Source: Nemertoderma westbladi (taxonomy: Eukaryota; Animalia; Xenacoelomorpha). From it: a stretch of 64,000 nucleotides of DNA. Within the stretch, counting starts at the first letter, position 1. The number at the start of each line of letters is the position of its first letter. Both the position numbers and the translations under genes were made by a program. The stretch lies in NCBI GenBank assembly GCA_032718475.1, contig JAUCBJ010001786.1:25226-89225 (forward strand), written 5' to 3'. The notes under the pieces were generated by a model. That model worked only from the letters and a program-made list of their open reading frames with translations, did not search any database and was not told the origin of the DNA. Of this stretch, positions 19,744 to 31,540 are shown one piece after another.

Positions 19744-22700
19744 TCAAAATGCCACCTCCCTCCTTGTTATCTCCCGGATGAATAGAAAGTGAAAGAACAG
19801 GCAAAACAGAAGGTACAATAGTATTCCTATTCCTATCCCTTTCCATCCTGTCTTCCTTCTCAACTTCCCCCTTGTCGGTATGCCTCTCAACCAGACCGGC
19901 GTCTCTTCCGGACACTCCTCTGGACACTCCTCCGGACACTCCTCCGGACTATTGTCCTCCTGACACTCCACCGGACACTCCTTCGGAGTGTTGTCCTCCG
20001 GACATCTCGCCGTCCGCTCCTCTCCATCTCCATACCAATGCTTGCTGGGAAATCCATTCTCCTCCGCCAATTCTCCTTCTTCTACTTTCCTGTCTGGCTC
20101 TACTGTCTCCTGTTTCTCCTCTTCGTCCTCTGCGTCTACAGTGCCTGGTATCATGCACCCATGGTAACATGTCGTTACTGATCAACCGCCCTCTCCTGAC
20201 ATCTTCACTGGTACTACCCCGATTAGTACTTTTCTCTTCTTCTCCTCTTCTGTCGTGCTTGTAGCTGCTGTTTCTCTACACTCTCCAGATCTGTGTCCTT
20301 CTACCACACATCGATGACATAGTCCGTTTGCGTCTGTGTAGCCTATTCAATCTTGTTTAGGCAACGCTTGCCAGTGCTTACAACTCATGGTCTTATGGGT
20401 TCCGTCCCAATGTAATTGACATTCGAATCCTGGGTTATAGCGTTCCCTGTATAGTCCCTCACGTATCGCGCGTAGGTTTATATGTACCGATTTAGTGCTT
20501 TGGTTGTCTGGACTCGGCCTTCTGGGTATATTGGGATTGTGTTTATTTATGGTGTTATTTTCTTTCTGTCCCCGCCACGGTGTGGCCCTGCTACCAGCTA
20601 ACTGTGGGCTTGTAGGCCCCTGTATGGCCGGTGTGGTAGCGACTGTCCGCACAACCTGTTCTCGTCCAGGGAGTTTGATGTTCTTGCTCCTATTGGGGTA
20701 TATTGTTGATACCGGTATCGATATAGGCCTATTCACTTCTTGCCTACCTACCGATATGTACTCCGCGACTTCCGGGTTTAATCCCGTCGTCCGCGCTACC
20801 CTATCGCCTACTCTATCTCTCCCAGCATGGCCTATAATAGTATGTGCAGTAAGGCCTACAGTATGTCCTGCAGTCTGCATGTGCCCTTCCGAATCGAAGT
20901 TTATTCTTCTCGAATCTCCCCGCGACTACCGCACTCTCGATCGGCAGCTATATCCCGTCGGGAAGCTTCTCTTCAATCCCCACTCCTGTTCTCTTCTTCG
21001 TACCGGTACATCCTGTACTGCCCTCCTGGTGTGCGGTGCGTTTCTCCGGGGCGACGGCAATCTCCCGAAGTTCGACCCCACTGACTCCCTAACTCCAACT
21101 CTACTATCGACGGCTTGCTATCCGTCCTCGCTCTCCGGTTGCTCCTAGCAACGACTCTTCTATTATCTTCCCTCCTTCTCTCTTTGACCCCTTGGCTAAA
21201 CTCTACTAATCTTCTTCTCTCCTCGACCTCTCTGTTAAACTCTACTAATCTTCTCTCTTCTGACTGGGCTCGACGTTCCGTCGCCCGCTCTCTTGCGACG
21301 TCAACCTGTCTCTCTCTGCTCGATCGCACGCCGCTGGGGATACTCGCAATCCCCCTATTATTCTCCATCGCCGGGTGTTGCGGTTTACTTAATTCGGCCC
21401 GCGCATTATCCACCAACGCCTTTGGGACATTCTCTGCCCCCCCCCCCCCCCCCCCTCTCGCTACTAATCTCCCGTGGTGGGGCGCCCGTAGCCCCCCCCC
21501 CCCACCCGCCACTTCTAACTTCACTATTTCTTACTACACTTTTGCGTCCCTCTTGTCGGACACTCTCTACCCCCCCTCTCTCACCACTAATCTTTTGTGG
21601 TGGGGCTCCTGTAGCCCCCCCCCCCTCTTGCCACTTGCTACCTCCTGCCTACCAACTACGTGGCCTACCAGGCCGCCATCGGGTTGGCTCAACCCCGCCA
21701 CTTCCTGCCTACTAACTACGTGGCCTACCAGGCCGCCGTCGGGTTGACTCAACCCCGTCACCTCCTGTCTACTAACCACGTGGCTTACCAGGCCACCGTT
21801 GGGTTGGCTCAACCCCGCCACTTCCTGCCTACTAACTACGTGGCCTACCAGACCGCCGTCGGGTTGACTCAAGCCCGTCACCTCCTGCCTACTAACCACG
21901 TGGCTTACCAGGCCACCGTTGGGTTGGCTCAACCCCGCCACTTCCTGCCTACTAACTACGTGGCCTACCAGGCCGCCGTCTGCCGGGTTATGTACGTCCA
22001 ACATGCTCATATTAATAGCACCACCCATAGGCCCCCATATTGACCACCAATTCCCAATATTTTCTGTTAAATCAATTAAATCCCCTAAATCAATTAAATT
22101 ATTAGAATTATTAGAATTTGAAACGGGATTATTATTTAAATTATTTAAATTAGAATTATTATTATTTTCAAGATTTAAATTATTATTCGAATTATTTGAA
22201 TTACTCTGAATATTCGAATTAATATTATTATTTGAATTTAAATTTAAATTACCGGGTAAAATATCTGCTGTAATAAAGGGATTAGGGTTATTTACTACGG
22301 TACTATTAATACCAACATTTCCTAACGTACTACTACTATTACCCCCCCACCCGTACGGCTACTGTACGTACTGTACGTGTACCGCACGCTCTGTTCTCCT
22401 GCCTCACACTCTTTGCGTTCACTCTCTTGCTCCTTCCTTTCTGTCCTACATTTATATGCCAGATCTATCTCCCGCACCCGTCTTTCTTTTGCGGAGGATG
22501 TAGCAGACTTATCGGTTGCGACGGACTCCCGCCGCCCCTCCGTCCTACTAACTTTCCCCCGCTTTCCGGGGTTCTCGCTGACCTACGAGACCAAATCCTC
22601 GAAGTTAACCTCGGATTCGCCCTCGTGCGGTCCCTCCCAACCCACTAACTTAACTTCCCTGGCATCAACTAAGTATGGCCCTATGTACACTGCACCAGGC

Positions 22701-23260
22701 CCCATACCCCTACGTTCCCATAGCCCAAACAGTTCGAAGGCAACCCCTCTAGCTCTCTCCCTGGCTAGTTCTCCCTGCCCAGAACGCAGTAAGTAATCAA
22801 AATGTTCATTCGACTCACCTAGTTGCCTTTTCAACTTCACCTGGTCTATCTCGGCCCCTCCTCTAGCTTCCTTCAGTTGCTCCCGGGTCGCGGCGTAGGC
22901 TCGTCGGAGCCGGTCTCTGACCCCGACGTCCTCGTCGCCGACATCTCCTCTATCTCTCCGGGTCCGGCGTCGTACCGGCGGCTCCACCGTTGCCGTGCCG
23001 GTGGGCCGTCCGTCGCCCTCGGCCTGTGGCTGGCCGGCGACATCGGTACGTCGACCGACACTGTGTGTCGACTCGTCTCTCTCTCCTCCCGACTCATCTC
23101 TCCCTTCTCGTTGTAGACGGCCCCCCTCCTCTTGGATTGCCGGATCGCCTGTAGTCGACGGATCCGGCGTCATGGGTTGATACCGTCTCGCCGTGGCCTC
23201 GCGGATCGTTAGGTTGTCGTCCGGGGTCTGCGGCGGTGTCTTCTCTCTCTCTCTACTCAT
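19744..23260 (-). pseudogene. Decayed gag-like polyprotein of outer LTR element
   Basis: Collinear minus-strand ORF pieces start at MSREREK (ATG 23260). They run through Asn-rich and 20-aa repeat regions and a coiled coil to CQLHWDGTHKTMSC and CHRCVVEGHRSGEC knuckles (20278-20422). An acidic EECP repeat and a hydrophobic segment follow. Broken by stops and frameshifts. Confidence 0.65.
21640..21980. repeat. 60-bp minisatellite (~5.5 copies, alternating variants)
   Basis: Unit gcctactaactacgtggcctaccaggccgccgtcgggttggctcaaccccgccacttcct. On the minus strand it encodes GLVGHVVSRQEVAGLSQPDG. Confidence 0.95.
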
Positions 23261-23307
23261 CTTTACTCTTTCGTGGTCACAGTTGGCTGCGTCGGTGATA
23301 GTTCGAC

Positions 23308-23916
23308 TGTGACGGGATCGAGGGATCCCGACCGGGTTTAGCAAGTACGCGTCACAGCGGGCTGATGGAGGGGCGCGATAGAATGTGGAATGTATAAACG
23401 AATAAGCTGTGAGTTTGATGTTCGACTGAAGTATCGTATAATATAGATAAAAGTATGCCACAGTTGATTGCTGATATATGATAGATACAGGTACCGTTAA
23501 GATAACAGGGTATACAGCACCGCAATGGCGGTCGAACTATGTCGCCGGTCCACGGTAAACTGGTCACTGAGTAAACTGACCGGTAGTGGGGCATGCAACA
23601 TAATATATATCTTACTGCACTTGTGGCCTTGTTACTCAGCTGATGCCTGCCCCCCATTGGCTAGTAACCTACTTCACACCCTCTGCCCTGTGGGGGTGTT
23701 TCCCCCCCCCCCCCCCCCCGCTGCTGTTACTTTCCTCTCTCTCAGGGGTGTAACCCCTGACCCCTATTGTGTGTGTGTTCTCTGGGGCCTATTGTCCCCG
23801 TTTACTGGGGTGACATGAGGTTGATATTGGCAATCAACCTCGTGCTCCCAATATTGCTTAGAGGCGCTCTTTCCCACTTTATGGGGGTTGATGTGGCGGA
23901 ATTGAATACGCTCACA
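23308..23916 (-). repeat. 5' LTR of outer element (609 bp)
   Basis: TGTGACGGG...GCTCACA, followed by the TSD GTAGT. Confidence 0.92.
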
Positions 23917-23929
23917 GTAGTAGTAGGTA

Positions 23930-24310
23930 GGTTACGGTGTAGATGTTAAATCTACATTTAAAATACAGCAATTTACTAAACATTGTATTGAGTGTTTCAA
24001 TAATGTTTGGAAAAGTGAAGTTAGCGAAAAACCGAAACTGAGAATATACTTAAGCATTACTACTATTACTATTACTATTACTACTATTACTACTATTACT
24101 ACTAATTTATTAAATAGAAACCAACGAAGCATTCTTGCTCAATTTCGTTGTGGTGTTCTGCCGTTAAATGTTGAAGTAGGACGTTTTCAAAATAGACCGA
24201 TAGAAAGTAGAACTTGTGCAATTTGTAAGTAAGGCAAGTAGTATTGGAGAGGAAATTAATTTCCTTAGTAATTGTCCTGTTTACGATAGTGTTAAACGTA
24301 TTCCAAATAG
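23930..24310 (+). mobile_element. LINE ORF2 C-terminal zinc-finger remnant (RTEX-like, tentative) with an internal (TAY)n microsatellite
   Basis: VWKSEVSEKPKLRIY...QRSILAQFRCGVLPLNVEVGRFQNRPIESRTCAICK...EEINFLSNCPVYD. Confidence 0.7.
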
Positions 24311-25706
24311 TGTAAGACATTTAGGTGCCCTAGTTAAATTGGTTTACTTTAATGCAGTTAGATCAGGTTTTAACAAATCATCTATGATTACTAAGTATTC
24401 AGTTGGAAAACGACCCCGAGTCAGAAAACGACTCGGGGTGCGTGGCTATCATTGTATCCGGGAAGGAATGACACACAAATTTGAAAATAAATTTCTGAAT
24501 ATGGAATTCTGAATCCTACATTTAAATGAATATTTGTTACGTTTATATGAGTTTTTAATTGTTATTTTAGTTGTTATTTTAGTTTTTTTAACACAAAATT
24601 GTTATATTTCTATCACTATGACTGGCTCCAAACATTAATAAAAAGATGTTTAATTGCTTCTTTCAATTACTTGCTATTTTTATTTTATTTATGTCTTAGT
24701 ATAGTGCATAATATTTATATTTTGTTCTAGAACTTTACAATGTTGCCATGGTAACAATGATTTATGTTATAAAAATGTAGTGTTATACGGAACAACCGTT
24801 AACGTTAAGTAAGGAAAATTATGCAAAGTTACTGTACTATTGGGCTCTACAGTACAGTATATATTGCTTCTTAATTTATTTTTTACAAATATTATAGAAC
24901 ATATTATCTATTCATTTTGTTTAAAAATATTTTTCTAGAACAAATAAATCTTGTTCTAGAACATGGTATGAAAAAATTGTTTGGTGTTTAATTTTTAATT
25001 AGCCTGTATTTTATTATTAGCTAGTTTTACAAAATTTAATTAAAATATATAGTCAATTAAAATTCATAAAAGTAAAAGTAATTTTTTAAATTCTGGAACA
25101 AAATTAAATTATTTACTAAATATCTAAAATGTCGTAGAACATTTTACAAATAATGTAACAGAAACTATATTTAAAAAATGTTCTAGAACAACAGTCATTT
25201 ATTCCAGAACAATGTTTACATATAAAATGAATATATATTATGATCTAGAACATTTTCAAAGATCAGAGCAACACAAACTAGCTAGTATAAATATTTGGAA
25301 AGGGGCGTACCCAATACACAGTATCGCCCAAATATTTGTTCTCTAGAACAAAAGAAATAAGAAAGAATTTTTTAGAATAAATCTCATGATTATTGTCAAA
25401 ATTTAACATGAAACAATTATTGATCAAAAGTGGGTACCCAGGATGTCCTATTTTATCCTTTTCTATTTTGTGAAATATAATATAATTAATATATTGCATA
25501 TTTACAGCATTTTACTATCATGTTTCTGAGGCAGACACTTTTATACATACATCTACTGATAGTAGGCCCTATATACGATGATTTGTATCTACCTACAGTA
25601 TAGTATAATTATATGATATATACGATTATTTGTATCTACCAACAGTATTTTTTATAATTATATTCCAGAATATAATAGCACCAGGGATAACAATTATTTA
25701 CATTAA

Positions 25707-27047
25707 CCCTCCCTATTTGTACCGGGCTATAAAATGCTGTACAAATACCGGGGGGGGGGGGGGGTCATATTGACCCCACCCTCTAAAATCTACAAATATT
25801 AACGAAAACGTCTGATTTGTTGTTTGTACGTAGGTGTCACTAGTCTGGATCCGACCGAAAAAAAAAATTTTGAAAAAAATGTACTGGGGTGGTAATATTG
25901 CAGCACCAAAATTACAAGTAGTGCACAATTTTCACAAAATTTGAAAGTTACATTTTTCGGCTAATTGTTTTTCAATACAGGTTTTCTGGGGCGCAAAATA
26001 CATTGGAAAATATTTAAAAATGATATGATTACCATAAATGTCTGTTTAGTCCTCTATGCGCAGGAAAAAAATGAAAAAAACAAGTAACCAGCACTTTTCA
26101 GTTAGAACACAAAATTTTTAATTCACTTATACGATGCTGTAAATTCACAATTTCAGGTTTTCTAGGGCGCTGATTCTAATGAAATACATTTCAAATATGC
26201 CAGATCATTGCTACTTGTATTTTTCGGCGTAATTTGGCAAATTTTGGTGCTAGCACCAAATCAGAACCCTAACAAACCCGTATAACGCAAGAAACAAGGT
26301 GACACATTCAATTGATATATTTGATGGTTTTCAAAATTTGGTTCTAGCACCACATTTTGCACCCACATCCGAAAAATACAAGTTTGAGATGTCTAGTTCG
26401 ATAATTATATATTTCCATTGAATTCAGAACAGCCATAAACCTCTAAAATGCAAGAAATAAAGTGTCACAAGCAATTTTATCTATTGAATGGATTTTCAAA
26501 ATTTCGTGCTAGCACCAAAATTTGCACACAGCACCGAAAAATACAAGTTTGATACGCTTGGTGCAACTCGTAAATATTTCATCGAAACCAGAACCCCAAA
26601 AAACCCCAATTGCGTAAAAAACAAGTTTCAAACAATCAATTTACAAAATTTACATATTTCAAAATTTGGTGCTGGCACCAAAATTTGGCACCCGCCGAAA
26701 AAAACAAGTTTGAAATTTCTAAATCAATTTATATGAATTCCATCTAATTGCTAACAGCGAAAAACCGGCGTAAATCAAAAATAGAGATGTTAAAATTGAT
26801 ATTTTATGAAATGTAATTTTCAAAAAACGTCTCAAGAAAAGTGCCAAAAGTAGGGTTAAAAAATGGTGCTATAACTCGAAAACTACCCAATATTTTTGAA
26901 AATGGTTTTCACTACTAGGAAGACAATAGATTTTTTAGGAAAAGTCAAAAAGTTTCACATTCCCAACTGCGTTTGTTTCAGAATTATAATAAAAAAACCA
27001 TGGGGGGGTCATATTGACCCCCCCCCCCCCCCCCGGGTTTATTAGGG
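25707..27047. mobile_element. Non-autonomous piggyBac-type element (MITE)
   Basis: TTAA|CCCT...AGGG|TTAA ends, with the subterminal palindrome GGGGTCATATTGACCCC near both ends. No coding capacity. Confidence 0.8.
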
Positions 27048-27235
27048 TTAAGCTGTAAGTGGATCTTATCTCCTCTTATCGATTCAATCCGAAGAATACC
27101 GCGTATTCCTCTACCTTGGTGTAATTTGTCCCAAGATCAGCTGTCCTGTCGGTGGTGGGGATGAAAAGAAAACCGCATCGAGGTTTTGTTAGTTAGACTG
27201 GAGGAGTCAAAGGAAATATACTACTGTAGTGTAGT

Positions 27236-30200
27236 TAGCAAATCGTTAGACTTGATTACTATAAGAAAAAAAGCTACTGACTACTGACCTAGAGCAAAAA
27301 CGGCGCTAACGATTTTTATGAAATTTCGCATGAACCATGAAAATAGATTGGGTACTTGTGAAATTGGGGTTTAAATTGAAACATCTCAACTTGTTTTATT
27401 TCGAAAAATGGCCCCAAAACACGAAAATTGCCATAGGCGCAATTATAGAAACTCCAGCTGGCACTCTGAAAAATGTATAGAGATGGCCTGGTAATGCATT
27501 CAATAGGAAGGGCCAACTAACATTAACTGGTTTAGCAATGGCTATTACAGTCTCAGCAGCTGAATAACTCTTCCCAAGGCATCCTATGAGAAAATCTACA
27601 AGGTTACACACTCTGCTATGTTAATTTGCGTGCAAGCTAAATGACTGTTAGTTACGCAGTGTGTTAGCTACTATTGATTGTACTATGCTCTCATCTAATT
27701 ATTGTTTTATTTTGAAATCTTTATGCCAACATTAATACTGTGGAGGCTGTATGCTTATAAGGCTGAATGTCTACTCAGTCTCATAATGATTCTCCATAAG
27801 GATAACATGACAGTTTGAATTATAAAAATACGTTATAATAATAATATAATTGTTGTATTTAATTAATATCGTGGTTTACATTGAACAGTGTAAATTGTTA
27901 ATCGCGGTTTACATTGAAACATCTCAATTTGTTTTATTTATTACAAAAATAAGACCGAATTTGTCTTATCACTTCTTGTGCGCGATTGTATGACAACTGC
28001 TGTTATTATTAAATCAATTGACACCTCGACTCCTCTCTGACTACTCTATCCGATAAAATAAAATAATCATTTCGCTAACTGCTCTCTATCTTCTATAATC
28101 ACAACAGCTTTTATAATTCATTAGATGATTACAATGTAATAATTATAGTTTGAAGTTGTCTAGAAAATTTCTCGTACACCACCGGGACTACCCTCACACT
28201 AAATTATTATCAGACTAAACAAAAAGCTTTTACTTGATTCGTACTGTGGGGCGAGACACGAATGGCGAGCCATCAGCGAACTGATATAATTATATGGCCG
28301 TTTTTCAAAGGTATGTGTGTGTGTCAGTGTTTCAGTGTGTCAGTGTGTCGAAAGCCATAAATGTCGGAAGCCATAATCTACATTAAAATCTTCAGCTAAA
28401 TTGTATGATTGAGTCATTTTGATCGGTCTCTCCATGGAAATTAATTATTTAGCACCATACGATTAAAGTTATTTTGCACAGAAATTAGATATCTGGAATC
28501 CATGTACCCCATTCCATTATAGTTTTTTATTTTTTCAAGTGATTTGCGTTAATAAATGTATTTTTAATTGATTTAAACATAATTAACATTGTAAATTCAT
28601 ACGCTGATTCCATTCTCCTCCATAGAGCCTAAGGCATGGCAAGGGCAGCCGTGCCCAATAATATTTCTTTAAGTTCTACATTACTAACATGGCAATCTAA
28701 AGTCATTGACCAAGCCAGTGCCAAGGCGTCCAAGGACATGGCCTAACTGTAGTAGTCTAGTACAGTAGAAGGAATAGTTTTCCTTCAATACACCTCAGAC
28801 AGAGAGCAATTCATTTGCCTGTGCCTAGCAACGCGTGCTCCATAACATAAAACATATATCCTTGATTTCCAATCACCTCTCACGACAATTATTATTTGTA
28901 ATTAAAAATTTCAATTCGGTTTCTCTTTCCGTTATCTGGTTATTCAGTTATTGCATTATTAATAAATAAATGTTTTAAAATATATCTTACTTAATAAGTT
29001 AATAATTAATACTTGTCGCTAACATTCTCGCTATGGGGGTTTTAAGGGTGCTGATTACATTTATGATGTCAGTTTTCACGTTTACATAAATCTAGTCTTT
29101 CTGTCTGTCGGTCTTTCTGTCGGTCATTCTGTCAGTCAGTCTGTCAGTCAGTCTGTCAAAACATAAAAAATGATTCTAATTAACAAACATTCTCGCTATG
29201 GGGGTTTAAAGGGGTGCTGATTTTATTTCTTATGTTAGTTTTCAGGTTTACATAAATCTAATCTGTCTGTTTGTCGGTCTGTCGGATTTCTGTCAGTCAG
29301 TCAGTTTGTCAAAACTTAATAAAAATTACAAACTAACTAACATTTTAGCTATGGGGATTTTAAAAGTTGCTGATTACATTTCTGATGTCAGATTTCACGT
29401 TTACATAAATCTAGTCTGTCTGTCTGTCGCTCTGTCTGTCGGTCATTCTGTCAGTCAGTCTGTCAAAACATAAAAAAGAATTCAAATTAACAAACATTCT
29501 CGCTATGGGGGTTTAAAGGCTGATTTCATTTCTTATGTCAGTTTTAAGGTTTACATAAATCTAGTCTGTCTGTTTGTCGGTCTGTCGGATTTCTGTCAGT
29601 CAGTCAGTCTGTCAAAACTTCATAAAGAATACAAACTAACTAACATTCTCGCTATGGGGATTTTAATGGGTGCTGATTTAATTTCAGATGTCAGTTTTCA
29701 CGTTTAAAAAAAAATCTTGTTTGTCTCGTTGTCGGTCTGTCGGTCTTTCTGTCAGTCAGTCTGTCAAAACTTAAGAAAGTATACTAACTAACCAACAGTC
29801 TCGCTATGGGGGTTTTCTGGGTTGTTGATTTCATTTCTGATGTCAGTTTACACGTTTACATAAATCTAGTCTGTCTGTCTGTCGGTCTTTCTGTCAGTCT
29901 GCACTACTGTACTGTGGTTGGCATTACGTCATATACCTAACACTAATAATACCGTCTACAATACAGCCTATCTAGATCTATAGTACAGAATGGTTTTTTT
30001 GCCATAAAGAGCACTAAAAATGTCATTAATACTATCCACCAGTATACCTAGTCCAAGAGCCTTCCAATAAAACATGTATTCCAGCATGCTGCATGACGTC
30101 CACTGCACGTCTTAGTGCTGTCCATGGTGACGTGCAGTGGACGTCATATGCTCTAAGGGGTTAAGCAACACCCTCCCTACTTCGTCCTGTCGACACCCCA

Positions 30201-31092
30201 GCCATTTTCACCAATCCTTTTTTAGAGTTTATTAATTTTTTTGGTATTGGTGAAAGTTCTAGAACATTAGTAGATATGTTTTATATGATAGCTAGTATTT
30301 TTTTGCGAGCTAGTATTTTTTGAAATTATAAAAAATTTGAAAGTCCATGATATTTCAGGTTAAACTGTTGAAGTTTATATATTAATGATCAAAAGAATTT
30401 CCAAAAATTTATAGATAGTAAAAAATACTAGTTATATTCCATAAAAAATCTACTAAGGTTCTAGAACATTCACTAATATAAAAAAAACACTCAAAAACAC
30501 AAAAAAATAAAGGTTACATTCGGGACCCTTTTGCTTAAGGAGTCAAAATTGTAGAACAAATTCCCGAAGGTTACGACGTTTGCGAAAATCGCGACATTTG
30601 CGAAATTTGCGACGAATCCGTCAGTTTCTGTGCCCTAATGGGTTCGTGCCGAAACAATCAAATCTTACACACTTAACACACCCAAACTAATTTAAAGTGG
30701 GTATTAGTATGCGTGAATAATTAAATAGAAATTAAATTAATGAACGCTATTTCAACATGAAATCTACGGAATCAATACACAACACACGCACACCACTGAA
30801 TTTAAAGATTTATATAGATTGCAATTTATATTTGGCTACCTTTTAATGGGTGACTAATTGAATTATTCACCCCTATATATTTGTAGCCTTTTAATTTGTG
30901 CCTTTAATTTAATCAAACATTAAACTAAAATAAATGTCACAATATTGGTCTGTCTGTAGCTGGTCAATGAATCTCTAATAAATTTATTAATTAGTCGCTG
31001 ATCAGTCATTGAACATTTGAACACGTGCTGCTCGAAGACCCCACAACGTGTCTCCTGTGACTTGCTTCACGGGCCGACAGGCCCGTCTCTAG
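27236..31092 (+). mobile_element. Helentron-associated element family B, split by ~2.8 kb of nested repeats
   Basis: 27236-28246 aligns with 55213-56340. The 3' end (GACTTGCT, hairpin ACGGGCC..GGCCCGT, CTAGT) resumes at ~31050-31092. Confidence 0.8.
29020..29900. repeat. ~150-bp tandem repeat (6 copies) with GTCT microsatellite, DINE/Helitron central-repeat-like
   Basis: Unit aacattctcgctatggggg...gctgatt...gtttacataaatctagtctgtctgt...tgtcaaaac. Confidence 0.85.
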
Positions 31093-31540
31093 TTGATGTT
31101 TCTGATGATATAATCTCCAATGGTTACAAAGATTATCCAGCATTACTTTACAGGTGTGGAAGGGTTTACTGTTGAAGATCACCCATGGTGGTGAAAAGGC
31201 ATTCCTTTAGGAAACAGAGTGGAAGGGTTTACTTTGGAAGTCACCCATGGCGGTGAACAGGCATTCTTTTGGGAATCAGAGTGGAAGGGTTTACTTTGGA
31301 AGTCACCCATGGCGGTGAACAGACATTCCTTTTAGCAAACAGAGTGGAAGGGTTTACTTTGGAAGATCATCCATGGCGGTGAACAGGCTTTCTTTTGGGA
31401 ATCAGAGTGGAAGGGTTTACTTTGGAAGATCAGCCGTGGTAGTGAACAGGCATTCCTGTGGGAAACAGAGTGGAGGGGTTTACTGTGGAAGCTAACCCAT
31501 GGCGGTGAACAGGCTTTCCTTTGGGAATCAGAGTGGAAGG

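Larger units (their letters stand above)
5643..23916 (-). mobile_element. Outer non-autonomous LTR retrotransposon (decayed gag-like region, no pol detected)
   Basis: Direct TG..CA repeats at 5643-6693 and 23308-23916; 5-bp TSD GTAGT at 5638-5642 and 23917-23921. A minus-strand polypurine tract (GGGGGGGAG) abuts the left LTR once the nested element is removed. Confidence 0.9.

Noticed and set aside
20495-21747. Plus-strand hydrophobic ORFs (217 aa, 210 aa) as membrane proteins
   Set aside because: They are antisense shadows of the purine-rich minus-strand gag-like region.
28245-31045. Solo LTR bounded by TGTGGGG...CCCCACA inside the family B copy
   Set aside because: No matching TSD, and the interior is a patchwork of other repeats, so it cannot be supported.
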